Shown in pieces: positions 55,696 to 64,000 of a stretch of 64,000 nucleotides of DNA. The notes under the pieces were generated by a model. It was not told the DNA's origin and made no database searches. It worked only from the letters and a program-made list of their open reading frames with translations. How positions within the stretch are numbered: the stretch's first letter is position 1; every line of letters begins with the position of its first letter. This DNA is from Elusimicrobia bacterium GWA2_61_42 (GTDB lineage: Bacteria; Elusimicrobiota; Elusimicrobia; Elusimicrobiales; UBA9959). Both the position numbers and the translations under genes were made by a program. The stretch covers positions 27,451 to 91,450 of the forward strand of contig MGTU01000027.1 in assembly GCA_001799615.1 (NCBI GenBank), in the 5' to 3' direction.

Positions 55696-56740
55696 AGTTA
55701 TAAAAAGCTTCCGTTCCCACGTCACCTGGGCCAACGCGCGCGGCGCCTGGCCGGATATGATCTTCTCCACCAGGGTCCGCTTCGCCCGCAACCTGGAGGG
55801 GTTTCCTTTTCCCAACCGCGCCGAGCCGCGCCAGCTGGCGGAGATCCGGCGCCTGGCGCTGGCGGCCGCGAAGGACAGCGGGCTTTTTTCGCGCGGTCAT
55901 TTCCTCAGGACGGAGACGCTGGACCAGCTGGAGAAGCGCTTCCTGGTGGAGCGCCACCATGTTTCCCACGCCCTGGCCGCCTCCGTGCTGCCTTCCGGCG
56001 CCGCGATCTCCAATGATGAAGATCTCTCGGCGATGATAAACGAAGAGGACCACCTGCGCCTGCAGTGCCTGAACTCCGGCTTCGCCATCGAGGACGCTTT
56101 CAAGGCCGCGCTTAAACTGGACGAAGCCCTCGGCCGCCAGCTGCCTTTCGCCTACAGCGGCAAATTCGGCTTTTTGACCGCTTGCCCCACCAACGCCGGC
56201 ACCGGCATGAGGGTTTCCTGCCTGGCGCACCTGCCCGCGCTCTCGCGCCTGGGACGCATGCCGGCGGTGCTCGAGAGCCTTTCGCATTTGAGCGTGACCG
56301 CGCGCGGCATCTACGGCGAGGGCACGTACGTGCTGGGGGATTTTTACCAGATCTCCAACGCCACCTGCCTGGGCCGCGGCGAAGAGGAATTCTGCGAGAA
56401 TATCGACCGCGTCATCCGCAACCTGATCCGCCAGGAGATCGCAGCGCGCGAGGCGCTGCTTAAAGGCCCGCTCAAGCTGAAGACCGAGGACGCGGTGTAC
56501 AGGGCGCTGGGCCTGCTTAAGCACGCCCGGCGGCTTTCCTACGAGGAGTTCATGCAGAACATGTCGCTGGCCCGTATGGGCGCGGCCATGGGCTGGAATC
56601 TCGGCGTGGATTTCAGCACTTTCAACCAGGTGACCCTGCTGATGCAGCCGGCGCATATACAGGCGGCTGCGGGCCGGGCGCTGAACCCGGACGAGCGCGA
56701 CGCTTACCGCGCGGACTATCTGCGCGGCAAACTGGCCTGA
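55688..56740 (+). CDS. mcsB: protein arginine kinase McsB (ATP:guanido phosphotransferase family)
   Basis: 350 aa. VRFARNL, INEEDHLRLQ, phosphagen-kinase signature LTACPTNAGTGMRVS. Confidence 0.88.
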   Translation: MAEVIKSFRSHVTWANARGAWPDMIFSTRVRFARNLEGFPFPNRAEPRQLAEIRRLALAAAKDSGLFSRGHFLRTETLDQLEKRFLVERHHVSHALAASVLPSGAAISNDEDLSAMINEEDHLRLQCLNSGFAIEDAFKAALKLDEALGRQLPFAYSGKFGFLTACPTNAGTGMRVSCLAHLPALSRLGRMPAVLESLSHLSVTARGIYGEGTYVLGDFYQISNATCLGRGEEEFCENIDRVIRNLIRQEIAAREALLKGPLKLKTEDAVYRALGLLKHARRLSYEEFMQNMSLARMGAAMGWNLGVDFSTFNQVTLLMQPAHIQAAAGRALNPDERDAYRADYLRGKLA

Positions 56741-56806
56741 GGCCCGCCTTTCGCGGCCCCTTTGGCCCTTGACAATAATCTTAAATCTGCAAAAATATAG
56801 GCAAGG

Positions 56807-58051
56807 ATGATCAAACGCCTCCTTGCCGTTTTTATTTTAGCCGCGGGCCTGCTGCAAACGCAGAGCCTGGTTCTTTTTGCCGCCGGAAGCGGCGAGACTA
56901 CCGTGATGATGCAGGGGTTTCACTGGACCTCCTGGAAAACAGCCCCGTGGTGGGGGGAGCTGGGCCGCAGGGCCGGCGAACTTTCCGGCGCCGGCATAAA
57001 CCTGGTCTGGCTGCCGCCTTCCTCCGATTCCCTGGCCCCCGAGGGCTACCTGCCGAGGAAACTCAACGTCCAGGATTCTAATTACGGCACGGCCGCCCAG
57101 TTGGGCGCCGCGGTCAGGGCGCTGCACGCCCGCGGCATCAGGGTCATCGCGGATATCGTGGTCAATCACCGCGTCGGCACAAAAGGCTGGGCGGATTTCG
57201 CCGCGCCCGCCTGGGGCCCCGACTCGGTCTGCTCCGACGACGAGTGGGGGCAGGGTGAGGGGGCTCCGGATACCGGCAAGGGTTTTCACGCAGGGCGCGA
57301 TATCGACCACACCAAGGCTTACGTCAGGGATTCGATAAAGGGCTGGCTGAAAGGGCTGCAGGACGGCCCCGGCTACGACGGCTGGCGCTATGACTACGCG
57401 CGCGGGCTGGCCCCTGGCTACCTGCTGGGATACAACCGCGCCACGGCGCCTTCCTTCGCCGTCGCCGAGATCTGGGACGACCTGGACCTGAACAACACGA
57501 ACGCCCACCGCCAGGCGTCCGTGGACTGGATGGATGCCGTGAACGGCGAGATAAAGGTTTTCGATTTTACCACTAAAGGCGTGCTGCAGGCCGCCCTGGG
57601 ATCGGGCGAATACTGGCGCCTCGCTGACGCGAACGGCAGGCCCTCCGGGCTGATAGGCTGGTGGCCGGCCAACGCCGTGACCTTTATAGACAACCACGAC
57701 ACCGGGCCCAGCCCCGGCGGGAAACTGAAGGACAAGGGCTGGCCTTTCCCCTCGGACAAGGTGCAGGCCGGGTACGCTTATATCCTGACGCATCCCGGCG
57801 TGCCGTGCGTGTACTGGCCCCACTTCTTCGACTGGGGGCTCAAGGAGCCCATCACCGCCCTGTTAAAGGTGCGCCGCGCCGCGGGCATAAACTCCGCCAG
57901 CCCCGTCTCCATCCTGAAAGCCGAACAGGGGCTTTACGCGGCCGTCATCGGCGGCAGGGCGGCTCTGAAGCTGGGAGACAGGCCCTGGAACCCCGGGCCG
58001 GGCTGGAGCCTGGCCGCCGAAGGTCCGTTTTACTCGGTCTGGACGAAATGA
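56807..58051 (+). CDS. secreted alpha-amylase, GH13 (plant-type subfamily)
   Basis: Signal peptide. MMQGFHW, LVWLPPSS, ADIVVNHR, GWRYDYARG, AEIWDD, IDNHDT, YILTHPGVPCVYWPHFFDWG. Paralog of 31791-33236. Confidence 0.88.
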   Translation: MIKRLLAVFILAAGLLQTQSLVLFAAGSGETTVMMQGFHWTSWKTAPWWGELGRRAGELSGAGINLVWLPPSSDSLAPEGYLPRKLNVQDSNYGTAAQLGAAVRALHARGIRVIADIVVNHRVGTKGWADFAAPAWGPDSVCSDDEWGQGEGAPDTGKGFHAGRDIDHTKAYVRDSIKGWLKGLQDGPGYDGWRYDYARGLAPGYLLGYNRATAPSFAVAEIWDDLDLNNTNAHRQASVDWMDAVNGEIKVFDFTTKGVLQAALGSGEYWRLADANGRPSGLIGWWPANAVTFIDNHDTGPSPGGKLKDKGWPFPSDKVQAGYAYILTHPGVPCVYWPHFFDWGLKEPITALLKVRRAAGINSASPVSILKAEQGLYAAVIGGRAALKLGDRPWNPGPGWSLAAEGPFYSVWTK

Positions 58052-58086
58052 CGGCGAAGAATAACGAAAGGCGAAGCCGAACCCTG

Positions 58087-58110
58087 AAACCGCGCTGGCG
58101 CGGTTTTTTT
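58087..58110 (+). terminator. rho-independent terminator after the amylase gene
   Basis: AACCGCG(58088-58094)-CTGG-CGCGGTT(58099-58105) running into a T-run through 58110. Confidence 0.75.
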
Positions 58111-58172
58111 ATTCCCGCCGCTTCCCGCTCCTTCTGTTGCTTTCTTTTGCTATATATAATTAAATACTATTC

Positions 58173-58970
58173 ATGTATCAGAAGCACTGGAACCTGAAAA
58201 AGCTCCCATTTGAAAATACCCCCGACACGGAATTTTTCTTCGAGTCCGAGAAGCACGAGGAGGCATATTCCCGGCTTTCCTACGTGGTGGAGGAAAAAAA
58301 GTCCTGCGCGGTGATCACCGGCGCCTACGGCACCGGCAAGACCCTGATCCTCAAGTCGCTGGAACGGCAGTTCAAAAAAAAAGGCTATGTTTTTTCTTTC
58401 GTGCATAACCCCCGCCTGGACGACCTGGGCCTGCTGAAGATCATCCTTCATAATTTTACGGGCTATAACGTGCCCAAGGCCAAGGAGGACGTGCTGATGG
58501 GGATAGAGCGCTTCCTGCGGGACACCCTGCAGGACGGCAAGCACGTGGTGGTGGCCATAGACGAAGCCCAGCTGATCAACGACGAAAGCGTTTTCGAGGA
58601 ACTGCGCCTGCTGCTGAATTTTCAGACCGAGACCCGGTTCCTGCTTACGCTGATCCTGAGCGGCCAGCCTGAACTCAAGGAAAAGCTGGATTCCAACAAG
58701 CAGTTCAGTCAGCGCGTCGCCCTCAGCTACCACCTTAAACCCCTGGATTTCGACGAAACTAAAAAATACCTGGCCCACCGCCTGGAAGTGGCGGGCCTGG
58801 CCGAGAATATCTTCGACGAGCAGGCCATGGAACTGATCTTTGAAAGGTCCGGGGGCATCCCGCGCCAGATCAACAATATGGCCAACATGAGCATGCTGGC
58901 CGCCTTCTCTAAAGGCGAAAAGACCATTACCAGCGCGCTGGTGACCGAGGGCGTGGAGAGCAGCAGGTAA
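58173..58970 (+). CDS. ExeA/GspA/MshM-family AAA ATPase
   Basis: 265 aa. PFENTPDTEFFFESEKHEEAYSRLSYVV, Walker A GAYGTGKT, Walker B VVVAIDEAQ, GQPEL. Confidence 0.8.
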   Translation: MYQKHWNLKKLPFENTPDTEFFFESEKHEEAYSRLSYVVEEKKSCAVITGAYGTGKTLILKSLERQFKKKGYVFSFVHNPRLDDLGLLKIILHNFTGYNVPKAKEDVLMGIERFLRDTLQDGKHVVVAIDEAQLINDESVFEELRLLLNFQTETRFLLTLILSGQPELKEKLDSNKQFSQRVALSYHLKPLDFDETKKYLAHRLEVAGLAENIFDEQAMELIFERSGGIPRQINNMANMSMLAAFSKGEKTITSALVTEGVESSR

Positions 58971-58991
58971 ACGGAGAGGGCGTAATAATTT

Positions 58992-59621
58992 ATGAAAATC
59001 CTGGGAATCGGCGCGCATCCGGACGACCTTGAATTCGGCTGCGGCGGCACTTTTCACAAACTGGCGGCCAAAGGGCACAAGATCCACATGCTCGTCATGA
59101 CGCTGGGTTCCGTGGGCGGCGACCCCAGGGTGCGCCTGGCGGAGCAGGAGCGGTCGGCCGCCCTGCTGAAAGCCAGGCTCTACTGGGGCGGCTTCGAGGA
59201 TACCGGCGTTACCCTTACCAGGGAACTCATCCGCGTGGTGGAGAAGCGCGTGGACGAGGTCAAGCCGGACATGGTCTTTGTCAACCACTCCGCCGATACC
59301 CACCAGGACCACCGCAGCGTGTCGCAGGCTGTGGAGACCGCGGCCCGCTACTCGAAGAACCTGCTGTTCTACGAGGTGCCCACCACGATGAATTTCGACC
59401 CCGGCGTGTTCGTGGACATCGGCCCGGTTATCAGTAAAAAAGTAGGGCTGCTGAAATGCCACCACTCGCAGGTCTACAAAACGCGGGTCAAGAACCTTTC
59501 CATAATCGAAAGCGCCAAGGCCGCCGCGATGTTCCGCGGCTACCAGGACAGGGTGAAGTACGCCGAGGGCTTCGTGTCCCGCCGCCTGCTGCTGGACTAC
59601 CTCCTGGACTGCAAAAAATGA
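58992..59621 (+). CDS. PIG-L/LmbE-family N-acetylglucosaminyl deacetylase
   Basis: ILGIGAHPDDLEFGCGGT and HxDH context DTHQDH. Confidence 0.82.
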   Translation: MKILGIGAHPDDLEFGCGGTFHKLAAKGHKIHMLVMTLGSVGGDPRVRLAEQERSAALLKARLYWGGFEDTGVTLTRELIRVVEKRVDEVKPDMVFVNHSADTHQDHRSVSQAVETAARYSKNLLFYEVPTTMNFDPGVFVDIGPVISKKVGLLKCHHSQVYKTRVKNLSIIESAKAAAMFRGYQDRVKYAEGFVSRRLLLDYLLDCKK

Positions 59622-60763
59622 TGAGACGCCAGGGCGGCTTTTTTTCTTTTACCGTCCTTATCGTGCTGCTCTTTATGCTGCCGACGGGCGGCTTTTCGGC
59701 CTGGACCTGGACCGAGGGGCTGCGCTGGTTCTATCTCTTCCTGATCTCCATGGCCGCGGTATTCGTGCTGGCCCCGGCCAGCGGCTGGCTGGCCGTAAAG
59801 ATCGGCGCCATGGACATGCCCGACGCGCGCAAAGTTCACACGGCGCCGGTGCCGCGCGCCGGCGGCGTCGCCGTCTACCTGGGGTTCATGATCGCGCTGG
59901 CCCGCAACCAGCAGTTCTCCAGGGAGATCTACGGCATCATGATCGGCGGGACGATCATCTTCCTGCTGGGTTTTTTCGACGACCTGAAAGGCCTGTCCGC
60001 CAGAACGCGCCTTTTCTGGCAGGTCGCGGCCGCGCTGGTCGTGACCTTTTTCGGGCTCTACTTCAGCTTCCCGCTTAAGCTGCCTTTCGGCCTCGTCATC
60101 TCCACCGTGCTGTCGGTGATCTGGCTGGTCGGCATCGTCAACGCGTTCAATTTTATGGACGGCATAGACGGCTTGGCCTCCAGCATGGGCGCCGTCTGCG
60201 CGCTGCTTTTCCTCGGCATAGGCTGGAATTCCAGCCAGTACCCGCTCTCCTTCATCTCCGCCGCGCTGGCGGGGGCCTGCGCCGGGTTCCTGCGCATGAA
60301 CTGGCGTCCCGCGCGGCTCTTCCTGGGGGATTCCGGCTCCACCTTTATCGGCTTCATCCTCGGCTGCCTGGCCCTTTACGGCGGGTGGGCCACGGACAAC
60401 CCGGCCGTCGCTTTTTCCACGCCGCTGCTGGTGCTGGGCATCCCGATCTTCGACATTATTTACACCACCGTTTCCCGGGTGCGCAACGGCAGCGTTAAAA
60501 ACATCAGGCAATGGCTGGAGTACACCGGCAAGGACCATTTTCACCACCGGCTCATGAAGCTGGGGCTGGGCGTCGAGCACACCGTGGGCTTCATCGTGCT
60601 GCTCAACGTCTGCCTCGGGCTGGGGGCCTGGACCATACGCCATACGGCTTCCACGCTGGGCACCTGGCTGCTGCTGGCCCAGAGCGTGATGATCTTCATG
60701 GTGGTGGTGGTGCTGATGGTGCTGGGCCGCGAACTTACTCCGGATAAAAAGGCCGTAAAATGA
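59618..60763 (+). CDS. polyprenyl-phosphate N-acetylhexosamine-1-phosphate transferase (GT4, WecA/MraY family)
   Basis: Start at ATG 59618 (ATGA overlap with the previous stop). About 10 TM segments. DDLKGL, NAFNFMDGIDGL, GDSGSTFIG. Confidence 0.82.
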   Translation: MMRRQGGFFSFTVLIVLLFMLPTGGFSAWTWTEGLRWFYLFLISMAAVFVLAPASGWLAVKIGAMDMPDARKVHTAPVPRAGGVAVYLGFMIALARNQQFSREIYGIMIGGTIIFLLGFFDDLKGLSARTRLFWQVAAALVVTFFGLYFSFPLKLPFGLVISTVLSVIWLVGIVNAFNFMDGIDGLASSMGAVCALLFLGIGWNSSQYPLSFISAALAGACAGFLRMNWRPARLFLGDSGSTFIGFILGCLALYGGWATDNPAVAFSTPLLVLGIPIFDIIYTTVSRVRNGSVKNIRQWLEYTGKDHFHHRLMKLGLGVEHTVGFIVLLNVCLGLGAWTIRHTASTLGTWLLLAQSVMIFMVVVVLMVLGRELTPDKKAVK

Positions 60764-61845
60764 AAGATACCATAATTAAAAAATTCTCGGTGCGGGAGCT
60801 GGACGCGGAGCTGTTCACCCCGTTCACTATTTCGAGCGGCAGCCATAAAAGCCTGGAGAACGTCCTTTTCACGCTGGAGGCCGCCGGGGGCCTTAAGGGC
60901 TACGGCGAGGCCGCCATCGCCACGCATATCACCGGCGAGACCCGCGAGCGCACCGTAAAGAGCCTGAAGCGGGCCGGCGAACTGCTGGCCGGCCGCGACG
61001 CGGCCAATTACCTGGGCGCGCTGTGCGCGCTGGAGGAGGCGCTGGACGGCAACCGGGCGGCCCTGGCCGCGGCCCAGATGGCCGTGCTGGACCTGGCGAC
61101 CCGCCTGCAGGGGATCTCCCTCTGGAAATTCTTCGGCGCCCGCGTTCCCGAACTTAAGACCGACGTGACGGTGGTGATAGGCGGGGCCGAGGCGGCCTAC
61201 AGCTTCACTAAAAAAATGCGCGCCGCCGGCTTCCATATTTTCAAGGTCAAGACCGGCTCCGACATGGACGAGGATTTCAGGCGGCTGGAAGCGGTGCGCA
61301 AGGCCGCGCCGGCCTCAGCCATCTACCTGGACGCCAACTGCGCCTACGGCGCCAAGGAAGCCGAAAAGTTCATCAACGCCCTCGCCGCCCGCGGTATACG
61401 GCCCCAGGTGCTGGAGCAGCCCGTGCCGAAGGACGATATCGAGGGGCTCGCCTATCTTACCCGCCGGCTGCCCATGCCCGTCTGCGCCGACGAGTCCGCC
61501 TATTCCCTCGACGACGTGTTCCGGCTTATACGCACCAGGTCCGTAAGCGCGGTCAATATAAAACTCACCAAGCTGGGCTTCCTGCGGGCGCGCGAGGTCT
61601 GGGCGCTGGCCCGCGCCGCCGGCATAAAGCTGATGATGGGGGAAATGCTGGAGAGCGAACTCGCTTCCGCCGCGGCCGCCCATTTCGCCGGCGGGCTGGG
61701 GGGATTCGACTTTATAGACCTGGATACGCCTTTTTTCATAAAGGACAGCGGGATGCGCGGCGCCGGGTTCCTGTCCGGGGACGGGATCTACTCGCTGGAC
61801 GGCGTAAAGGCCGGCATCGGCGTGCAGCCCGCGGGCGGTAAATGA
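60760..61845 (+). CDS. enolase-superfamily dipeptide epimerase / muconate-cycloisomerase-like enzyme
   Basis: FKVKTG, YLDANCAY, LEQPV, CADES. The metal ligands and Lys pattern match the MLE/L-Ala-D/L-Glu epimerase subgroup. Confidence 0.75.
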   Translation: MKDTIIKKFSVRELDAELFTPFTISSGSHKSLENVLFTLEAAGGLKGYGEAAIATHITGETRERTVKSLKRAGELLAGRDAANYLGALCALEEALDGNRAALAAAQMAVLDLATRLQGISLWKFFGARVPELKTDVTVVIGGAEAAYSFTKKMRAAGFHIFKVKTGSDMDEDFRRLEAVRKAAPASAIYLDANCAYGAKEAEKFINALAARGIRPQVLEQPVPKDDIEGLAYLTRRLPMPVCADESAYSLDDVFRLIRTRSVSAVNIKLTKLGFLRAREVWALARAAGIKLMMGEMLESELASAAAAHFAGGLGGFDFIDLDTPFFIKDSGMRGAGFLSGDGIYSLDGVKAGIGVQPAGGK

Positions 61846-62492
61846 TGAGGCTGAGTTTTTTTGCCCTGCTTTTCGCTTTCGCCCCGGCCTGCCCCCTGTT
61901 CGGCCAGGCGGCGCCGGCCCTGCCCGGGCTGGAAGACCTGCCCGAACCCACGCGCTACCTGGCCGGCTACGTTTCGGCGGCGGGCGGCTGGTCCGTTCCC
62001 GCGGGAGGGCATTGGGGCGACTCCGGCAGCGGTTTCAAACCTTCCCGGATCTTCAGCCTGGCCGCCTCCAAGCGGGTGGATGAACTGCTGGGCTATGGGC
62101 TGGAATCCTCCTACTCCCTGCGTCATGACAACCGGGAACTCAAGGACCTGCGCCTGAAGATCTTTTCCCTGTCGCCGTTCGTGAAGGTTTCCTTCCCGGA
62201 AGGGAATACCCTTTATTACGGGATCCTGGGCGCCGGGCTCTACCAGTGGAGTCAGCCGGCCTTTACCGCGGAGGGGACGCGCTACGGGTCCGATTCCGGC
62301 TCCAGCGCCGGGATAAACCTGGGCGCCGGCGTTTCTTATCCGTTCTGGTTCGGGACCAGGATCGGACTGGACCTGCGCTGGCACCACATCTTCAATATGA
62401 AAGGCTCGAATTTCGACCTGGCTTCCGCGGACAACCTCAACGCCCAACTGGTCCTGCACTACGGCGTCTGGAAAGATAAGGCCGCCCCTTGA
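61842..62492 (+). CDS. outer-membrane beta-barrel protein (small OmpA-TM/OmpW-like)
   Basis: Signal peptide MMRLSFFALLFAFAPACPLFGQA. Alternating aromatic/Gly-rich strands. C-terminal ...LVLHYGVW-type end. Confidence 0.65.
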   Translation: MMRLSFFALLFAFAPACPLFGQAAPALPGLEDLPEPTRYLAGYVSAAGGWSVPAGGHWGDSGSGFKPSRIFSLAASKRVDELLGYGLESSYSLRHDNRELKDLRLKIFSLSPFVKVSFPEGNTLYYGILGAGLYQWSQPAFTAEGTRYGSDSGSSAGINLGAGVSYPFWFGTRIGLDLRWHHIFNMKGSNFDLASADNLNAQLVLHYGVWKDKAAP

Positions 62493-62517
62493 CAAGTCAA
62501 GGCCTGCCTGCTATAAT
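62489..62517 (+). promoter_or_regulatory. perfect-consensus sigma70-type promoter overlapping the OMP stop codon
   Basis: TTGACA (62489-62494), exactly 17 nt, TATAAT (62512-62517). Same architecture as the hrcA promoter. Confidence 0.7.
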
Positions 62518-62523
62518 ATAGCT

Positions 62524-62609
62524 GGACGCCGGCAAAGTACGGCCTCCAACTGTGAACTCCCCGAAGGTTGGGGAAGCGATAACCCGCCAAAAGCGGGTTA
62601 TCGCTTTTT
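62524..62609 (+). ncRNA. candidate ~85-nt small RNA or leader, delimited by the consensus promoter and a strong terminator
   Basis: Predicted TSS about 62524. Alternative pairings CUCCAAC / CCCC with GUUGGGG. Ends in the terminator at 62576-62609. No match to any RNA class I can recall. Confidence 0.4.
62576..62609 (+). terminator. strong rho-independent terminator
   Basis: GCGATAACCCGC(62576-62587)-CAAAA-GCGGGTTATCGC(62593-62604)-TTTTT. Perfect 12-bp stem. Confidence 0.88.
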
Positions 62610-62708
62610 CGGCCCGCCGCTTTTCGCGCGGCCTTTCTAATTAGTATAATTAATATATATAACGCCCCTCCGGGTTGAGGGGCGCCCAGGTTCGTTAATG
62701 GAGGATTT

Positions 62709-64000
62709 ATGGGAAAGTTCGTGGAATGCGTGCCTAATTTCAGCGAAGGAAAGGACCTTTCTAAGATAAACGCCATTGTGGACGCCGCCAGGTCAGTGCC
62801 GGGCGTGCTGGTGCTGGACGTGGAAAAAGACGCCGACCACAACCGCACCGTCCTCACTTTTATCGCCCCGGTGGAGACCGCCGCGGACGCCATGTTCGCC
62901 GTTACGAAAAAGGCCTCCCAGCTTATCGACCTCAACCAGCACAAGGGCGAGCATCCCCGCATGGGCGCCACCGACGTGGCCCCCTTTATCCCGATCATGG
63001 ATTCCACCATAGAAGACTGCGTTAAACTGGCGGAGGCCGCCGGCGAGCGCATAGGCCGCGAGCTCAATATCCCGGTCTACCTCTACGACCGCGCCGCGAA
63101 ATTCGAGCACCGCAAGGACCTGGCCAAGGTGCGCAAGGGGCAGTTCGAGGGCCTGAAGGAAGTTATCGGCAAGGACCCGGAGCGCGTGCCGGATTTCGGG
63201 CCCAACCATATCCATCCCACCGCCGGCGCCATGGCCGTGGGCGCCCGCAACCAGATCGTCAATTTCAACGTGAACCTGGCCACCACCGACATGGAGTTCG
63301 CCAAGGGCCTGGCCAAGAAGATCCGCACTTCCGGCGGCGGTTTGCCCGCCCTGCGCGCCAAGGAGATCTTCCTCGAGTCCAAGGGCCAGGTGCAGATGTC
63401 CACCGTGCTGACCGATTACAGGACCACCTCCATAAAGCGCGTGATGGACGAGCTGGCTAAAGAGCTGGCCCCCAGGAACATCGCCATTACCGGCACCGAG
63501 CTCATCGGCCTTACCACCCAGGACGCCATCACCGACTATGCCGTGGAGGCCTTGCAGGTAAAGGATTTCAACAAGGACGCGCAGGTGCTCGAGACCAAGC
63601 TGTTGAAGCTGCTCAGTTCCTGGCAGGCCGGGGCCAACCTGTTCATAGACGCGCTGGCCAATACCGACCCCACGCCCGGCGGCGGGTCGGCCGCTGCGGT
63701 GAACGGGGCCATGGGCTGCGCCCTGGGCGCCATGGCGCTGGGCATCAGCCTCAGGAGCAAGAAGCTCGACGAGGCCAAGAAGCCCGCCCTGCGCTCTTTG
63801 GCCGAGAGCCTGGCCGCCCACAAGGTCTCCCTGCAGAACTGCGTGGCCGAGGACTCCGCCTCTTTCGACGGCTTCATGGAAGCCATGAAGATCCCCAAGG
63901 ACAACCCCGAGCGCAAAGTGAAGATGCAGGCCGCGCTTAAGCACGCGGCTGAAGTGCCGCTGAAAACGGCGCGCCTGTCCGCGGAGGCGCTCGCCGGGCT
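62709..64000 (+). CDS. ftcD: glutamate formiminotransferase fused to formiminotetrahydrofolate cyclodeaminase (FtcD-like), 3' end beyond the window
   Basis: Not in the ORF track because it is open to the window end. ATG 62709 is preceded by GGAGG. MGKFVECVPNFSEGKD, DADHNRTV, HPRMGATDV. The later cyclodeaminase motif TPGGGSAAAVNGAMG is in the same frame. Confidence 0.88.
   Translation, partial: MGKFVECVPNFSEGKDLSKINAIVDAARSVPGVLVLDVEKDADHNRTVLTFIAPVETAADAMFAVTKKASQLIDLNQHKGEHPRMGATDVAPFIPIMDSTIEDCVKLAEAAGERIGRELNIPVYLYDRAAKFEHRKDLAKVRKGQFEGLKEVIGKDPERVPDFGPNHIHPTAGAMAVGARNQIVNFNVNLATTDMEFAKGLAKKIRTSGGGLPALRAKEIFLESKGQVQMSTVLTDYRTTSIKRVMDELAKELAPRNIAITGTELIGLTTQDAITDYAVEALQVKDFNKDAQVLETKLLKLLSSWQAGANLFIDALANTDPTPGGGSAAAVNGAMGCALGAMALGISLRSKKLDEAKKPALRSLAESLAAHKVSLQNCVAEDSASFDGFMEAMKIPKDNPERKVKMQAALKHAAEVPLKTARLSAEALAG

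Noticed and set aside
56769-56806. TTGACA at 56769-56774 upstream of the second amylase as a promoter
   Set aside because: No acceptable -10 hexamer lies at 16-18 nt spacing (AAAATA at 17 nt, TATAGG only at 21 nt). Not reported as a feature.
62524-62609. Tested the short transcript against SRP (4.5S) RNA, ZTP, THF, guanidine-II (ACGR loops), c-di-GMP-I and glutamine riboswitch consensus features from memory
   Set aside because: There is no GGAA-tetraloop/AGCA domain IV arrangement, and the 5' and 3' ends do not pair as in 4.5S RNA. ACGC and ACGG occur but are not presented on self-complementary stems. No ZTP CCGCCUGGGCA-type or THF core motifs are present. The class is left unassigned.

Overview
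High-GC, gene-dense bacterial chromosomal window. Most genes are recognisable housekeeping genes. The source organism is a diderm (LolCD, TolC-type efflux, CsgG, OM beta-barrels) that I cannot name from sequence alone. Layout, left to right:
- Tail of a bacterial microcompartment (BMC) locus: two BMC-P, a DERA carrying an encapsulation peptide, one BMC-H, and a small accessory ORF.
- TPR protein, GH84 O-GlcNAcase-like enzyme, arfB, SDR.
- hrcA-grpE-dnaK-dnaJ-rsmE heat-shock operon behind a perfect TTGACA-N17-TATAAT promoter with an atypical CIRCE arrangement.
- Two tandem MNT-like nucleotidyltransferase paralogs.
- A long co-directional block: mtaB, Zn-ribbon/HEAT protein, acidic repeat protein, DnaA-derived AAA+ paralog lacking domain IV, GAF histidine kinase, a three-lipoprotein CsgG cluster, comM, LysM protein, dprA, topA.
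- Amylase, xer recombinase, aldolase, PBP4, monomeric IDH.
- MacAB-TolC efflux on the minus strand.
- ccsB-ccsA-nrfH-nrfA nitrite-ammonification operon, then murQ, a hydrolase and ndk.
- lysS, lolCD, mcsAB, a second amylase.
- An envelope-glycan-like cluster (ExeA-like ATPase, PIG-L, WecA-like, dipeptide epimerase, OMP), then a 3'-truncated ftcD.

No rRNA, tRNA, CRISPR array, transposase or prophage gene was seen. The most unusual signals are:
1. A ~135-155-nt multi-hairpin intergenic element present twice (14.7 kb and 53.2 kb), with helix-preserving compensatory substitutions between the copies.
2. The acidic repeat protein plus DnaA-like paralog pair, which seem to share a C-terminal domain.
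3. An orphan consensus promoter plus strong terminator that delimit a ~85-nt transcript upstream of ftcD.

Many long ORFs in the supplied track are antisense artefacts typical of high-GC DNA and were rejected.
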